From the NCBI GenBank assembly GCA_041648575.1, contig JBAZOT010000005.1, forward strand, positions 17,161 to 81,160: a DNA stretch of 64,000 nucleotides, written 5' to 3'. The notes beneath the pieces are model-generated. The model was not told the DNA's origin. It saw nothing but the letters and a program-made list of their open reading frames with translations, and did not search any database. Both the position numbers and the translations under genes were made by a program. Shown in pieces: positions 29,074-39,422 of this stretch. The stretch is from Patescibacteria group bacterium (GTDB lineage Bacteria > Patescibacteriota > Patescibacteriia > Veblenbacterales > UBA10138). Each line of letters opens with the position of its first letter. Within the stretch, counting starts at the first letter, position 1.

Positions 29074-30276
29074 ATGGTAAAAAATATTAATAATCAAAAA
29101 ATTGATGAGTTATTAACCCGCAATGTGGAAGAGATTTTTGTAGCCAAACATTTGCGCAGCAGGCTGTTGTCAGGTAACAGTTTGCGTATAAAATTAGGTA
29201 TTGATCCAACTGGTCCAAAATTGCATTTAGGCAGAGCTATTCCGTTATGGAAATTGCGTGATTTTCAGGAATTAGGGCATCAAGTAGTTTTAATTATTGG
29301 TGATTTTACAGCTTTGATTGGCGACCCGTCTGACAAGCTTTCTAAAAGGCCATTTTTGACTATTGATCAAGTACGAGAAAATATGAAAGATTATAAAAAA
29401 CAGCTGGGCAAAATTTTAGATTTAGATAAAGTGGAGTGGCGTTATAATAGTGAGTGGTTACAAGCCATGACTTTTATTGATGTAGCAAAGCTGGCAGAAT
29501 CATTTTCAGTTCAGCAAATGTTAGCCAGGCGAAATTTTAAAGAACGTTTTAGTAAAGGTACAGAAATAAGTATTAGAGAATTGCTTTATCCTTTAATGCA
29601 AGGTTATGACTCGGCAGCCATTAAATGTGATGTGGAGGTTGGCGGAATAGACCAGTTGTTTAATTTAAAAGCCGGACGGGTGATTCAACAGCTTTATCAT
29701 CAGCCACCCCAAGATATTATGACTTTTGCGATGCTGGAAGGAACTGATGGCCGTAAAATGTCTACCAGTTGGGGTAATGTAATTAATATTACTGATCAAT
29801 CTCAAGAAATGTTTGGTAAGGTGATGTCTTTAGTTGATGAATTGATTATAAAATATTTTTATTTAACCACCCGTTTGCCAGTAGAGGAAATTAAACAAAT
29901 TGAAAAAGATTTAAACCAAGGAGCTAATCCACGCGACAGCAAGGCCCGTTTGGCGTATGAAATTGTAACGCTTTATCATGGTAAAACCATAGCTCAACAA
30001 GCAGTTAAGGAGTTTGATTTAATCCATCGGGAAAAAAAAGAGCCCAGTAAGATAGCTACTGTTCAACTAGTTAAGAGTAAAGCGCAGTTGCCAGCGGTTG
30101 AATTATTAACCTGGCTTAAATTAGCTACCAGTAAAAGTGAGGCGCGGCGTTTGGTAGAGCAAAAAGCAGTACAGATAAACAAGAAAAAAGTCACTGACTG
30201 GAAACAAATAATAAAATTAACAGCAAATATGGTGGTGCAGGTTGGCAGTCGGCGTTTTGTAAAGTTAGTTAAATAA
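29074..30276 (+). CDS. tyrS: Tyrosine--tRNA ligase
   Basis: GIDPT..LHLG, YPLMQGYD, GGIDQ, KMSTS, S4 domain. Confidence 0.97.
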   Translation: MVKNINNQKIDELLTRNVEEIFVAKHLRSRLLSGNSLRIKLGIDPTGPKLHLGRAIPLWKLRDFQELGHQVVLIIGDFTALIGDPSDKLSKRPFLTIDQVRENMKDYKKQLGKILDLDKVEWRYNSEWLQAMTFIDVAKLAESFSVQQMLARRNFKERFSKGTEISIRELLYPLMQGYDSAAIKCDVEVGGIDQLFNLKAGRVIQQLYHQPPQDIMTFAMLEGTDGRKMSTSWGNVINITDQSQEMFGKVMSLVDELIIKYFYLTTRLPVEEIKQIEKDLNQGANPRDSKARLAYEIVTLYHGKTIAQQAVKEFDLIHREKKEPSKIATVQLVKSKAQLPAVELLTWLKLATSKSEARRLVEQKAVQINKKKVTDWKQIIKLTANMVVQVGSRRFVKLVK

Positions 30277-30442
30277 AAAATAAATTGAATTATCACGCAT
30301 CTTGACCATGACGATTTTTCGTGGTAGTTTATAAAACGCTTACCTAAGAAGTAATAGTACTGAATAATTTATATTTCTAGGAAATATTTAAAGTGCTTAG
30401 TGCTAAACAAAGGAAGGCGATATTAATAATAAAATTCACATT

Positions 30443-31720
30443 TTGATTTTGCGTTTAATCCTAGTTGCTTTAACTGTAGGCCGATTTATAGTACGCACAT
30501 CCAGTCGCTTATCGGTAGCGCTTTTTAATAAAATTAAAAAACCAATAAGATTTTTGTGGCGAGTTTTAGTAGTGAAACCATCCGAGTATGCATGGTCAAG
30601 TCGGCGCTATAGACAGCAACTAATGCACAATTTGTTGCCATTTAAATTAATGCACCAACCATGGCTGCCAATTTTATTTATTACTATTGTTGCCGGGTTA
30701 GTACTGGTTAATAATATTCGTATCAGCCAAGTTAATGCTGGTGATTTTGGCCAGCATAGCCTGTTGATTGCTATAGTACAGGGAGAATTTGATGCCGTTA
30801 CTGAAGATGATTTTATGAACTTGTCTGATATTAATTATTTAATAGAAGAAACTGATCTTAGTTTAAGATCACAAATAGAAACTTTAAATAATAATCAAGA
30901 GATTGAACCAGCCACTACTGATGAGGGCAGTACTTTAATTAAACCAAATTTGGTAATAACAGCGAGAGGAGCCAGACAAAAAGCCGAGGATTATATTGTG
31001 GAAACAGGAGACACTTTATCATCTATTGCTGCAAATTTTGGAGTTTCTTTAGCTACTTTATTATGGGAAAATAGGTTAACCGAAAGAAATATTTTAAGAA
31101 TTGGGCAGAAGCTGACGATTTTACCAACCAGTGGCGTGTCGCATCGTATAGCCAAAGGTGATACCTTATCTCGCATAGCTAGTCGTTATGGGGTGACGGT
31201 AGATAAGATAAAAGAATTTAATAATATTGAAGGTGCTTTAGTGGTGGGGCAGGTGGTAATTATTCCGGGCGGCAAACCATATGTTGTGCCAGCACCGCCA
31301 TCAACCGCTACAACAAAAACGTTGTTAACGAATTTAGCACCCAGTACTCTTGATACTGGTACCAGATTAATGTGGCCAACGCCAACTAGAAGAATTACTC
31401 AATATTTTTCTTGGCGTCACGCCGGGCTTGATTTAGCCAGCAGTACCGGAACACCGATTTATGCAGCCGAGGAGGGTGTAGTGCAAGCCGCTGGCTGGAA
31501 CAGAGGTGGTTATGGTTATTATGTGATAATAGATCATGGCCAAGGTTTAAGAACACTTTATGGGCACGCCAGTAAATTATTAGTATCAGCTGGGGAACGC
31601 GTGCCACGGGGCCAGATGATTGCCTTAATAGGCTCTACTGGTCGTTCCACTGGTCCGCATTTGCATTTTGAAGTAATCGTCCAAGGTCAACGCGTTAACC
31701 CGTTGAATTACATTAGGTAA
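30443..31720 (+). CDS. LysM x2 plus M23 metallopeptidase
   Basis: GDTLSSIA and GDTLSRIA LysM; HAGLD, YGH, TGPHLHFE; start uncertain. Confidence 0.92.
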   Translation: MILRLILVALTVGRFIVRTSSRLSVALFNKIKKPIRFLWRVLVVKPSEYAWSSRRYRQQLMHNLLPFKLMHQPWLPILFITIVAGLVLVNNIRISQVNAGDFGQHSLLIAIVQGEFDAVTEDDFMNLSDINYLIEETDLSLRSQIETLNNNQEIEPATTDEGSTLIKPNLVITARGARQKAEDYIVETGDTLSSIAANFGVSLATLLWENRLTERNILRIGQKLTILPTSGVSHRIAKGDTLSRIASRYGVTVDKIKEFNNIEGALVVGQVVIIPGGKPYVVPAPPSTATTKTLLTNLAPSTLDTGTRLMWPTPTRRITQYFSWRHAGLDLASSTGTPIYAAEEGVVQAAGWNRGGYGYYVIIDHGQGLRTLYGHASKLLVSAGERVPRGQMIALIGSTGRSTGPHLHFEVIVQGQRVNPLNYIR

Positions 31721-31740
31721 ATATCCCTAGTTCTAACATC

Positions 31741-31760
31741 CCTGCCTACTGGCAGGCAGG
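31741..31760. repeat. Short REP-like palindrome
   Basis: CCTGCCTACTGGCAGGCAGG between convergent genes. Confidence 0.5.
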
Positions 31761-31811
31761 ATCCACGATGCTCTGGGTTGATAATTTTTTTCAATAAATT
31801 AAACAAGTTGA

Positions 31812-33335
31812 TTATAAATTTTCATGTACCCGTGGGCGGTATTGTAGGGCTTCGGCTAAATGCTCAACTTCAATTGTGGGTTTGCCTGCTAAATCAGCAA
31901 TAGTGCGAGCGACTTTAATCATCCGATGATAAACCCGTGCTGACAAATGGAACTTATTTACTGCTTGGCGCAAAAGTTCTAAAGCTTGGTCAGCTAAAGT
32001 GCCAAATTCTTTTAAACCTTTCAAATCCATTTCCGAATTTATTTGGTAAGGCAAATTTTTAAATCTGGCGCTTTGTAATTTTCTAGCTTGTAGAATTCTA
32101 GTTTGAACGTGTTTTGAAGCTTCTCCTTCTAATCCTATTAATTTTTCAAAAGGCACGCGCGGTACTTCCACATGCAAATCAAAGCGGTCTAGTATAGGGC
32201 CAGATAATTTTCGCTGATATCTCCAGATCATGGATGGCGTGCAAGTGCACGGTTTTTGTGGGTCGCCAGCAAACCCGCAGGGACAAGGATTCATGGCAGC
32301 GACTAAAATAAATTGAGCTGGAAAAGAAACGCTGCCAGCAGCGCGCGAAACAATTATTTGGCCGCTTTCTAGTGGTTGGCGTAGATTTTCCAAAACCGCG
32401 CGGGAAAATTCTGCTACTTCATCTAAAAATAAAACACCCCTGTGTGCCAAAGAAATTTCTCCGGGCCGAGGATTAGAGCCGCCGCCTACCAGAGCGATAT
32501 CCGAAGCAGTATGATGCGGTGAGCGAAACGGGCGGTCAATTTTTGCCACTTCACCTGTTTTAAGCAAACCAGTAATACTATAGATTTCAGTAACTTCTAA
32601 AATTTCATTTCTGTCCAGTGGCGGAAGAATTGAAGCCAAGGCGCGTGCCAGTAAAGTTTTACCTGTTCCAGGCGGGCCGGAAAATAAAATATTGTGTCCG
32701 CCAGCAGCAGCAATTTCCAAAGCACGTTTAGCTTGCTCTTGTCCTTTAATTTCAGCTAGATCGGTTGAAAATTCTGCACTTGATTTTGATAATACAGTAG
32801 CTGTCTGAACAGGCAATTGGTTTTGCCCACTTAAGTGCGCTAGCAAATCCTTTAAATTTTTAATTCCGTAAACATTAATTTGGTCAACCAAAGCTGCTTC
32901 GGCGGCGTTAGCTTGAGGTACATATAATTTGGTAAAGCCATATTTAATGCAGTTTCTAGCGACGGCTAAAGTGCCAGGAATAGGCCGTAAAGTGCCGTCT
33001 AATGATAATTCTCCCAGGAAAAGGCTAGTATTTAAGGGTTCGGCCGGTTCAAGTTGTCCAGAGGCGATGAGCAAAGCTATGGCAATAGGTAAATCATAAG
33101 ATGAACCTTCTTTGCGTAAATCAGCTGGTGCTAAATTGACAGTAACTTTATTGCGAGGAAAATCTAAGCCAGTATTTTTAAGTGCTGATCTAACACGTTC
33201 TCTGGCTTCTTCAACTGCTTTGTCAGGCAGGCCGACAATAAAAATACCAGGTAGCTGTGATGATAAATCAGCCTCTACTTCAACTATTGAAGCTGATAAA
33301 CCAATAATTGCCGCGGTAAAAATTTTAGCTGACAT
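31812..33335 (-). CDS. comM: YifB/ComM family Mg-chelatase-like AAA+ ATPase
   Basis: VGLPD, NLAPADLRKEG, GPPGTGKT, RSPHH, GVLFLDE, NPCPCG. Confidence 0.95.
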   Translation of the reverse strand: MSAKIFTAAIIGLSASIVEVEADLSSQLPGIFIVGLPDKAVEEARERVRSALKNTGLDFPRNKVTVNLAPADLRKEGSSYDLPIAIALLIASGQLEPAEPLNTSLFLGELSLDGTLRPIPGTLAVARNCIKYGFTKLYVPQANAAEAALVDQINVYGIKNLKDLLAHLSGQNQLPVQTATVLSKSSAEFSTDLAEIKGQEQAKRALEIAAAGGHNILFSGPPGTGKTLLARALASILPPLDRNEILEVTEIYSITGLLKTGEVAKIDRPFRSPHHTASDIALVGGGSNPRPGEISLAHRGVLFLDEVAEFSRAVLENLRQPLESGQIIVSRAAGSVSFPAQFILVAAMNPCPCGFAGDPQKPCTCTPSMIWRYQRKLSGPILDRFDLHVEVPRVPFEKLIGLEGEASKHVQTRILQARKLQSARFKNLPYQINSEMDLKGLKEFGTLADQALELLRQAVNKFHLSARVYHRMIKVARTIADLAGKPTIEVEHLAEALQYRPRVHENL

Positions 33336-33771
33336 GTTGTTTGTTTGTTAATAACGGTATTAGTAATAGTAATCCGACAAGTAAATAAATATCAGCTAAA
33401 TTAAAAATTGGTAAAAACCATAGATGCATAAAATCAATAATATATCCGTAAAGTAAACGATCCATTAGATTACTAATTCCGCCAATAAATATTAAAGTGG
33501 TAGCAGCAAACAGCTGGTAATTATTTTTATAATAAGCAAGGCTAATCAAATAAAAAATAAATATTAGTACAAGCGCAATCAAAGGTATAGAGAACCAACT
33601 AGGAACTGGTAAACCAAAAGCTAAGTTCTCGTTGGGATAATATGATAAATAAAAAAATCCCCCTTGGTCTGAGGTAGGATATATTTTTATGAATTCTTTA
33701 ATTAAGCGATCAGCCGAGGCCAGACAAATAAGTATACTAAACCAAACAGTGGTTCGGATAGTTAACATCAT
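33325..33771 (-). CDS. lspA: Lipoprotein signal peptidase II
   Basis: GGISNLMDR, IIDF, IFNLAD. Confidence 0.88.
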   Translation of the reverse strand: MMLTIRTTVWFSILICLASADRLIKEFIKIYPTSDQGGFFYLSYYPNENLAFGLPVPSWFSIPLIALVLIFIFYLISLAYYKNNYQLFAATTLIFIGGISNLMDRLLYGYIIDFMHLWFLPIFNLADIYLLVGLLLLIPLLTNKQHVS

Positions 33772-34139
33772 TTTCCTGCTAAATGTTTTGTTTTACAATC
33801 CATGCAAGCACCAGATTCAGGGCGGGCACGCAAACGCCTTTCGTCGATTTCTTTTTTACAATATTTGCACACTCCATAAGATTTGTCTTGAATTCTAATT
33901 AAGGCCTGTTTAACATCTCGTAAATTACCCTCTAGTGTTTTTTCCAAGGACAGATTATCAGTGAAGGTGGCAACCTCGGCGGCATTTTCATCTTCCTTAT
34001 CGCCATATTGAGGGAAGCTAGTGGCGAAGCCTCCGTGAGTGGCAGGATTTTGGGTAGCAAAAATTTTCAGCTCGTTTTCTAGTTTAATTTGCTGTTGTTC
34101 CAATATTGCTTTCATTTCAGCAATAAATTGTTTTTTCAT
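33768..34139 (-). CDS. TraR/DksA C4 zinc-finger protein
   Basis: YGVCKYC...RLRARP...CMDC. Confidence 0.9.
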   Translation of the reverse strand: MKKQFIAEMKAILEQQQIKLENELKIFATQNPATHGGFATSFPQYGDKEDENAAEVATFTDNLSLEKTLEGNLRDVKQALIRIQDKSYGVCKYCKKEIDERRLRARPESGACMDCKTKHLAGK

Positions 34140-34259
34140 AAAATTATAATAAAAAAAACCTAGTTAGCCCCAACGCCAAGATTATAGCATATTTAAAATT
34201 ACCAAACAATGGCGAACAAGTAGGTTGTTAGTTAGTGGATTTTATGATTATTTTGAATA

Positions 34260-34650
34260 CAAAAAAACGGGGCGATGAACGCCCCGCTTATTTAAGCAAA
34301 ATGAATTTTTGAGCGCATCGCCCCGAGTATACGACACTTGCGCTACCTTCTTAGACTTCATTTAAGAAATCTAGGAAAGAATATATCCTCAAGTGCCTTG
34401 GGGGCGTAATCCTTATCAAATTGTTAATTATCACGCGTTATCCTCTACCACTCTAGTGGTCAGAACACATTTTTGAATATGTATCCCGCCTGTTTGTTTT
34501 TGTTTCCATTGTTTGGATGATCTTAGATAAGGGCAAGATCAGATAACAATAGAACAGTAGAGAAAGGGGTTGTTCCTAATTTTTTAATAAGAAACATCCC
34601 TTTTCTCTAATATTTCTTTATGATTTTTTAAATATCCACAAGTTCAGTAC
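34260..34650 (-). ncRNA. Candidate large (~390 nt) structured ncRNA
   Basis: Promoter at 34683-34655, four stem domains, GC terminator with U8 at 34286-34260; the two AUG-started ORFs found are 24 and 18 codons. Confidence 0.55.
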
Positions 34651-34654
34651 TTAC

Positions 34655-34683
34655 AATATACCATATTTTAAAAAATAGGTCAA
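34655..34683 (-). promoter_or_regulatory. Sigma70 promoter with extended -10
   Basis: TTGACC-17 nt-TATATT, preceded by TGG. Confidence 0.65.
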
Positions 34684-34807
34684 TGTACACATTTTAGCTA
34701 AGATTAGAGCAATAAACACTAATACAGCTGAACACTCAACGTGCTCAGCATATTAGTTTTATACAAATTATCCACAGCTAATGCATTTCTCGCTATTTTT
34801 TACGGTT

Positions 34808-37024
34808 TTATCTGCGAAAGCGATTATTTGGTCGTGAATTATTATATCCACTAGAGCGTGGTCGGCGGTCCTGATAATTGTTTTCGCCACGGCTTTGGTC
34901 TTCTATTCCTTCTGGTTTGGGTAAGGTTTGCTTATGAGATAAATTAATTCTGCCTTGTTGGTCAATTTCAGTTACTTTGACTGGTAAAGTATCGCCAATC
35001 TTTACTACATCTTCAACTCGCTCTACTCGATGCCAAGTTAGTTCGGAAATATGAACCAATCCTTCCTGTTTGGGCAAAATTTCAACGAAAGCACCAAAAT
35101 TCATAAGTCGGGTTACTTTGCCTTGGAAAACTTCACCCACCACCACTTCTCGTGTAAGGTTTTTTATCCACTCAATGGCCTTAGTAGACGCTTCAGGATT
35201 GGTTGCCGTGATCATAACTAAACCATCATCTTCAATATCAATAGCCACACCAGTTACTTCAATAATTTCATTAATCATTTTACCGCCAGGTCCGATAACA
35301 TCGCGAATTTTATCCGGTGAAATACGGAAAGAGGTAATACGTGGGGCATAAGACGATAATTCCGGCCGCGGTTCGTTAATCGCTTGAGACATGGTTTTTA
35401 AAATAATTGATCTGGCTTCTTTGGCTTGAGTAATAGCTTCGCTTAGTATTTTTTGGCTTACTCCCCCGAGTTTAATATCAAGTTGTAGAGCGGTGATCCC
35501 TTCACTGGTGCCAGCGATTTTAAAATCCATATCACCTGAATGGTCTTCTATTCCCTGAATGTCGGTTAAAATTACATAGCGTGATTTATCTTTTAGATCG
35601 GTTAGCAACCCCATAGCTACACCAGCGACAGCGCGGGTAATTGGTACGCCGGCATCCATTAAAGCCAGAGAAGAACCACAGATGGAAGCTTGTGAAGATG
35701 AACCGTTGGATGACAACACTTCTGATACGACACGAATGGTGTAAGGAAAAGATTCTTTGTCTGGTAAGACAGGTAGTAAGGCTTTTTCTGCTAAAGCGCC
35801 ATGGCCGATTTCACGACGACCCGGTGAGCGAACTGGAGCAACTTCACCAACGCTAAAACCAGGAAAATTATAATGGTGCATGTATCTTTTTTTACCCTCT
35901 TCTTCCATGCCATCTAAAGTTTGTTCGGCTGAGGGCGAGGCTAAAGTAACGATAGATAATATTTGAGTTTCACCGCGTTCAAATAGACCAGTACCATGTG
36001 TACGGGGTAAAATAGCTACTGCCGCCGAGAGTGGTCTTATCTCATTAAGTTTACGGCCATCAACTCTGATTTTTTTATTCAATGCTAGTTGCCTGGCTTG
36101 GCCATCTAATATTTCCTCAAAGATTTTAATGCCCAAAGATCTCTCTTCTTTGTTTATTTCATTATCAGTTTTTAATATTTCGTCTAGCTCTATTTTTAAT
36201 TGTTCAATCATTTGGTGATATTCTTGGCGAGAAGGATGAGGAAACAGGTTTTTAAGTTTTGGTTCTAACCAAGATTCTACCTTATTCTTTATTTTGGTTA
36301 GTATTTCAGCATCCGCTTCGGCTGTTATAGTTTTTGGTTTGCCTGTTTTGCTAATAATTTCTTTAATAAAAGGTATAATCTGCTTTAAGTGTTTGTGGCC
36401 AAAGGCAATGGCGTCGGCTACTATTTGATCATTAACTTCTTTGCCCTGGCCTTCGATCATAACAATTTCCTCTTCTGTTCCGGTAATTATTAAATCCAGA
36501 TCGCTTTTGCCGCGATCTTCATAGGAAGGATTAATTACCCATTCCGCTGCAACTCGGCCAATTCTAACAGCAGCAATTGGTCCGTTCCAGGGAACAGAAG
36601 AAATACCCAAAGCTGTAGAGGCAGCAATTAATGCTACAATATCAGGGTCATTTTCATGGTCTACAGAAAGAACTGTCACCATTACCTGAACATCTTTCCT
36701 TTCAGTATCGCGAAATAAGGGCCTAATAGAACGATCAATTACGCGTGAAGTTAGAATTGCTTCATCAGTAGGACGTCCTTCACGTTTAATAAAACGTGAG
36801 CCTTTAATTTTACCTGCGGCATATAATCGCTCCTCGTAGTCTACTAGTAAAGGGAAATAATCTATTCCCTCTCTTGGTTCCGAAGCTTGAACTACAGTAG
36901 CCAAAACCACAGTATCGCCATATTGTACCGTGCAACTGCCATGGGCTTGGTTGGCTAGCTTGCCAATTTCTACAGTTAGTTGTTTACCCGCTACTTCCTG
37001 GGTAAATTTTTTTATTTCTGACAT
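34808..37024 (-). CDS. pnp: Polyribonucleotide nucleotidyltransferase
   Basis: Two RNase PH domains, RREIGHG, SNGSSS, GDMDFK, KH and S1. Confidence 0.98.
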   Translation of the reverse strand: MSEIKKFTQEVAGKQLTVEIGKLANQAHGSCTVQYGDTVVLATVVQASEPREGIDYFPLLVDYEERLYAAGKIKGSRFIKREGRPTDEAILTSRVIDRSIRPLFRDTERKDVQVMVTVLSVDHENDPDIVALIAASTALGISSVPWNGPIAAVRIGRVAAEWVINPSYEDRGKSDLDLIITGTEEEIVMIEGQGKEVNDQIVADAIAFGHKHLKQIIPFIKEIISKTGKPKTITAEADAEILTKIKNKVESWLEPKLKNLFPHPSRQEYHQMIEQLKIELDEILKTDNEINKEERSLGIKIFEEILDGQARQLALNKKIRVDGRKLNEIRPLSAAVAILPRTHGTGLFERGETQILSIVTLASPSAEQTLDGMEEEGKKRYMHHYNFPGFSVGEVAPVRSPGRREIGHGALAEKALLPVLPDKESFPYTIRVVSEVLSSNGSSSQASICGSSLALMDAGVPITRAVAGVAMGLLTDLKDKSRYVILTDIQGIEDHSGDMDFKIAGTSEGITALQLDIKLGGVSQKILSEAITQAKEARSIILKTMSQAINEPRPELSSYAPRITSFRISPDKIRDVIGPGGKMINEIIEVTGVAIDIEDDGLVMITATNPEASTKAIEWIKNLTREVVVGEVFQGKVTRLMNFGAFVEILPKQEGLVHISELTWHRVERVEDVVKIGDTLPVKVTEIDQQGRINLSHKQTLPKPEGIEDQSRGENNYQDRRPRSSGYNNSRPNNRFRR

Positions 37025-37042
37025 AAAGATAGTGTCCTTTAG

Positions 37043-37138
37043 TCAGGTGACAGGTAAGGTTGTTTATTTGAGAGGAACTTGAATCTTGAAATTAAAATTC
37101 AAATTCTCATCAAACAATGCAATCACCTGTTAGCCTGA
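37043..37138 (-). promoter_or_regulatory. Long stem-loop in the pnp leader (possible RNase III/autoregulatory site)
   Basis: TCAGG.TGACAGGT...ACCTGTTA.CCTGA outer stem with inner TTGAAT/ATTCAA. Confidence 0.6.
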
Positions 37139-37156
37139 ATAATTATTAATAAATAG

Positions 37157-37663
37157 TTACTTTGTTTTGGTTAATAAAAATTTTCTAGCGTTAGTTGATA
37201 AGTCAAAAAAATCATCAGCGGATTCGATTAATTTTCCCGAAGCGGTTTTACCAAAAGCCACCACCTCTACTCGTTGGCCAAGAAATTGTAGATAATTAAC
37301 TAATGGTACATAATCGCCGTCGCCAGTAACCAGTACTACTACATCTAGTTTAGGTGCCATAGAAACAGCATCGATAGCTAAACCCACATCCCAATCGCCT
37401 TTTTTTGCCCCACCCCAAAAAATTTGTAGATCTTTCATTTTTAATTCAAAACCTTGATTGTCTAGAGCTTCAAAAAATTTTGTTTCCTCGGGGGCTTCCG
37501 CGCGTATCACATAAGCAATTGCTCTAATTAATTTTCTGTTTCCCACAGCATGATCTAAAATAGCGCCAAAATTAATTTTGGTATTGTATAAATTACGACC
37601 GGAATAATACATATTTTGCACATCTACGAATACGCCCACTCGTTGGTCTTTATGTTGTCGCAT
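37157..37663 (-). CDS. NYN domain (LabA/DUF88) protein
   Basis: VFVDVQN, KGDWDVGLAID, TGDGDYVPL, SADDF. Confidence 0.93.
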   Translation of the reverse strand: MRQHKDQRVGVFVDVQNMYYSGRNLYNTKINFGAILDHAVGNRKLIRAIAYVIRAEAPEETKFFEALDNQGFELKMKDLQIFWGGAKKGDWDVGLAIDAVSMAPKLDVVVLVTGDGDYVPLVNYLQFLGQRVEVVAFGKTASGKLIESADDFFDLSTNARKFLLTKTK

Positions 37664-37665
37664 AA

Positions 37666-38019
37666 TTAATGAATTTTTGTATCGCCGCCTTCTTCAGCAA
37701 TAATTTTTTCTTCATCAATTTCTTCGGGCAGTTCTTGTGCTACATCTGATATTTTGATATTCAATTTTAATCTTTTTACCAATTTTTCAAAGATTTTTTC
37801 ATCCTCACGCTTTAAATATTTTAACAAACGACGACGCTGACCGATTTTTTTTAATAATCCACGCCGCGAAGAAAAATCCTTTTTATGAGTTTTAAGGTGA
37901 TCACTTAAACGGGCGATTTCTTCAGTTAAAATAGCAACCTGGACTTCCGTTGATCCGGTATCTTGTTCATGAGTCTTAAATTTTTTGATTATTTTATCTT
38001 TAGTTTGTTTGTCTAACAT
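37666..38019 (-). CDS. rpsO: 30S ribosomal protein S15 with acidic C-terminal extension
   Basis: [25 protein letters not shown]. Confidence 0.98.
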   Translation of the reverse strand: MLDKQTKDKIIKKFKTHEQDTGSTEVQVAILTEEIARLSDHLKTHKKDFSSRRGLLKKIGQRRRLLKYLKREDEKIFEKLVKRLKLNIKISDVAQELPEEIDEEKIIAEEGGDTKIH

Positions 38020-38187
38020 ATATTTTCCTAATGTCGCTTGCCTAGTAGGGGGGACAAATCCTCAGCTACCAAGTCAAACGGATAATTAATTAACGTTGTT
38101 AGATTAGCATAAGTCTGATTATTTATCAATAGGCGAAAGGGGTGATTGCTATTTTTCGATAAGTGTCGTAAAATATAATTACTTATT

Positions 38188-39141
38188 ATGCCTTATCTTC
38201 ACGACTACATTCACGATTTTTTAGAATATTTAGAAATTGAACGCGGCCGTAGTAAACTAACTGTTCGTAATTATGATTTTTATTTAACCAGATTTTTGGT
38301 TTGGTTAAAAACAAAATTTAATCATAAACCAAAACCAGAAGATATTACCTCGGATCAAGTGCGAAATTTTAGGTTGTGGCTTAATCGTTTTCACACCAAA
38401 AGCAATTTAGAACTGTCGTCTACCACTCAAAATTATCACTTAATAGCTTTACGATCTTTTTTAAAGTATTTGCGTAAACGTGATCTGGAATCATTAGCTC
38501 CGGAAAAAATTGAACTAGCCAAACAAAAAGAACGACAGGTGGAATTTTTAGAAGGTGCAGATTTGGAAAAATTATTGGAGGCACCATTTAAAACCAAGGA
38601 GACGGAAATCATTAAACTACGGGACAAAGCAATTTTAGAATTATTATTTTCTACTGGTATGAGAGTTTCAGAATTGGTTGGTTTAAAGCGTGAACAGATC
38701 AATTTAAATAAAGACGAATTGTCGATACGGGGAAAGGGAGGAAAGGTACGTTTGGTTTTTTTATCCAATGAGGCGCGTAATCATTTAAAAAAATATTTAG
38801 ACAAAAGAATAGATGTAGATGAAGCGTTGTTTATTGGCCACGATCGCGCAGCTCGGGGGCGGGAAAAAGATACCAAAGCTACACATCCGTTATCAGCCCG
38901 TAGCGTACAGCGAGCTATTGAGTATTATCGAAAAGTAGCCGGGCTTACCAGAAAAATTACGCCGCACACTTTACGCCACTCTTTTGCTACAGATTTACTT
39001 TCTTCAGGCGCTGACCTTCGCGCTGTGCAAACGCTTTTGGGTCATGCTAGCATTACTACTACGCAAGTTTATACTCATGTAACTGATAAGCAATTAAAAG
39101 ATGTATATAAAGCCTTTCATTCGCGTCGCCGGAAAAATTAA
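38188..39141 (+). CDS. XerC/XerD-like tyrosine recombinase
   Basis: RDKAILELLFSTGMRVSEL, GKGGK.R, HTLRHSFAT, LLGH, TTQVY. Confidence 0.94.
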   Translation: MPYLHDYIHDFLEYLEIERGRSKLTVRNYDFYLTRFLVWLKTKFNHKPKPEDITSDQVRNFRLWLNRFHTKSNLELSSTTQNYHLIALRSFLKYLRKRDLESLAPEKIELAKQKERQVEFLEGADLEKLLEAPFKTKETEIIKLRDKAILELLFSTGMRVSELVGLKREQINLNKDELSIRGKGGKVRLVFLSNEARNHLKKYLDKRIDVDEALFIGHDRAARGREKDTKATHPLSARSVQRAIEYYRKVAGLTRKITPHTLRHSFATDLLSSGADLRAVQTLLGHASITTTQVYTHVTDKQLKDVYKAFHSRRRKN

Positions 39142-39142
39142 C

Positions 39143-39190
39143 CCTCCTTCATCCAATTGATATTGGGACTACGGCGGGCAGGACGAGGAT
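39143..39190 (+). repeat. Dispersed REP-like element, copy 2
   Basis: Homologous to 5324-5370; starts right after the stop codon. Confidence 0.65.
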
Positions 39191-39323
39191 TTAAGATATT
39201 TGGAAAAATATACAAGTTGTGGTGTGAGGTATTGGTGAATATCGATTTTCTTGACAGGTAGATTAAAATAAGGCATAAGTTATTTGAAGATTAAAAAATT
39301 AGAAGTTGTTACTTTTTGTTTTT

Positions 39324-39395
39324 GCCCCTGTAGTTCAATGGATAGAACCGCGGACTTCTAAGCCGCTGATAGAGGTTCAATTCCTCTCAGGGGCA
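39324..39395 (+). tRNA. tRNA-Arg(TCT), CCA not encoded
   Basis: GCCCCTG/CAGGGGC acceptor stem; loop CTTCTAA; GTTCAATTC T-arm. Confidence 0.9.
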
Positions 39396-39422
39396 GGAAT
39401 AAAAAGTAAGGAATAATAAAAT

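Noticed and set aside
34260-34650. Assignment as RNase P RNA, tmRNA, retron ncRNA or DGR template
   Set aside because: No GAGGAAAGUCC core, no tRNA-like ends, no reverse transcriptase in the window and no matching variable repeat.
38188-39395. Tyrosine recombinase beside tRNA-Arg as a prophage or island integrase
   Set aside because: The protein looks like a housekeeping XerC/D; no duplication of this tRNA end or phage genes were seen nearby.
39324-39395. tRNA-Arg(TCT) as a pseudogene
   Set aside because: The missing CCA and one anticodon-stem mismatch are tolerated in many bacteria; the other arms are intact.
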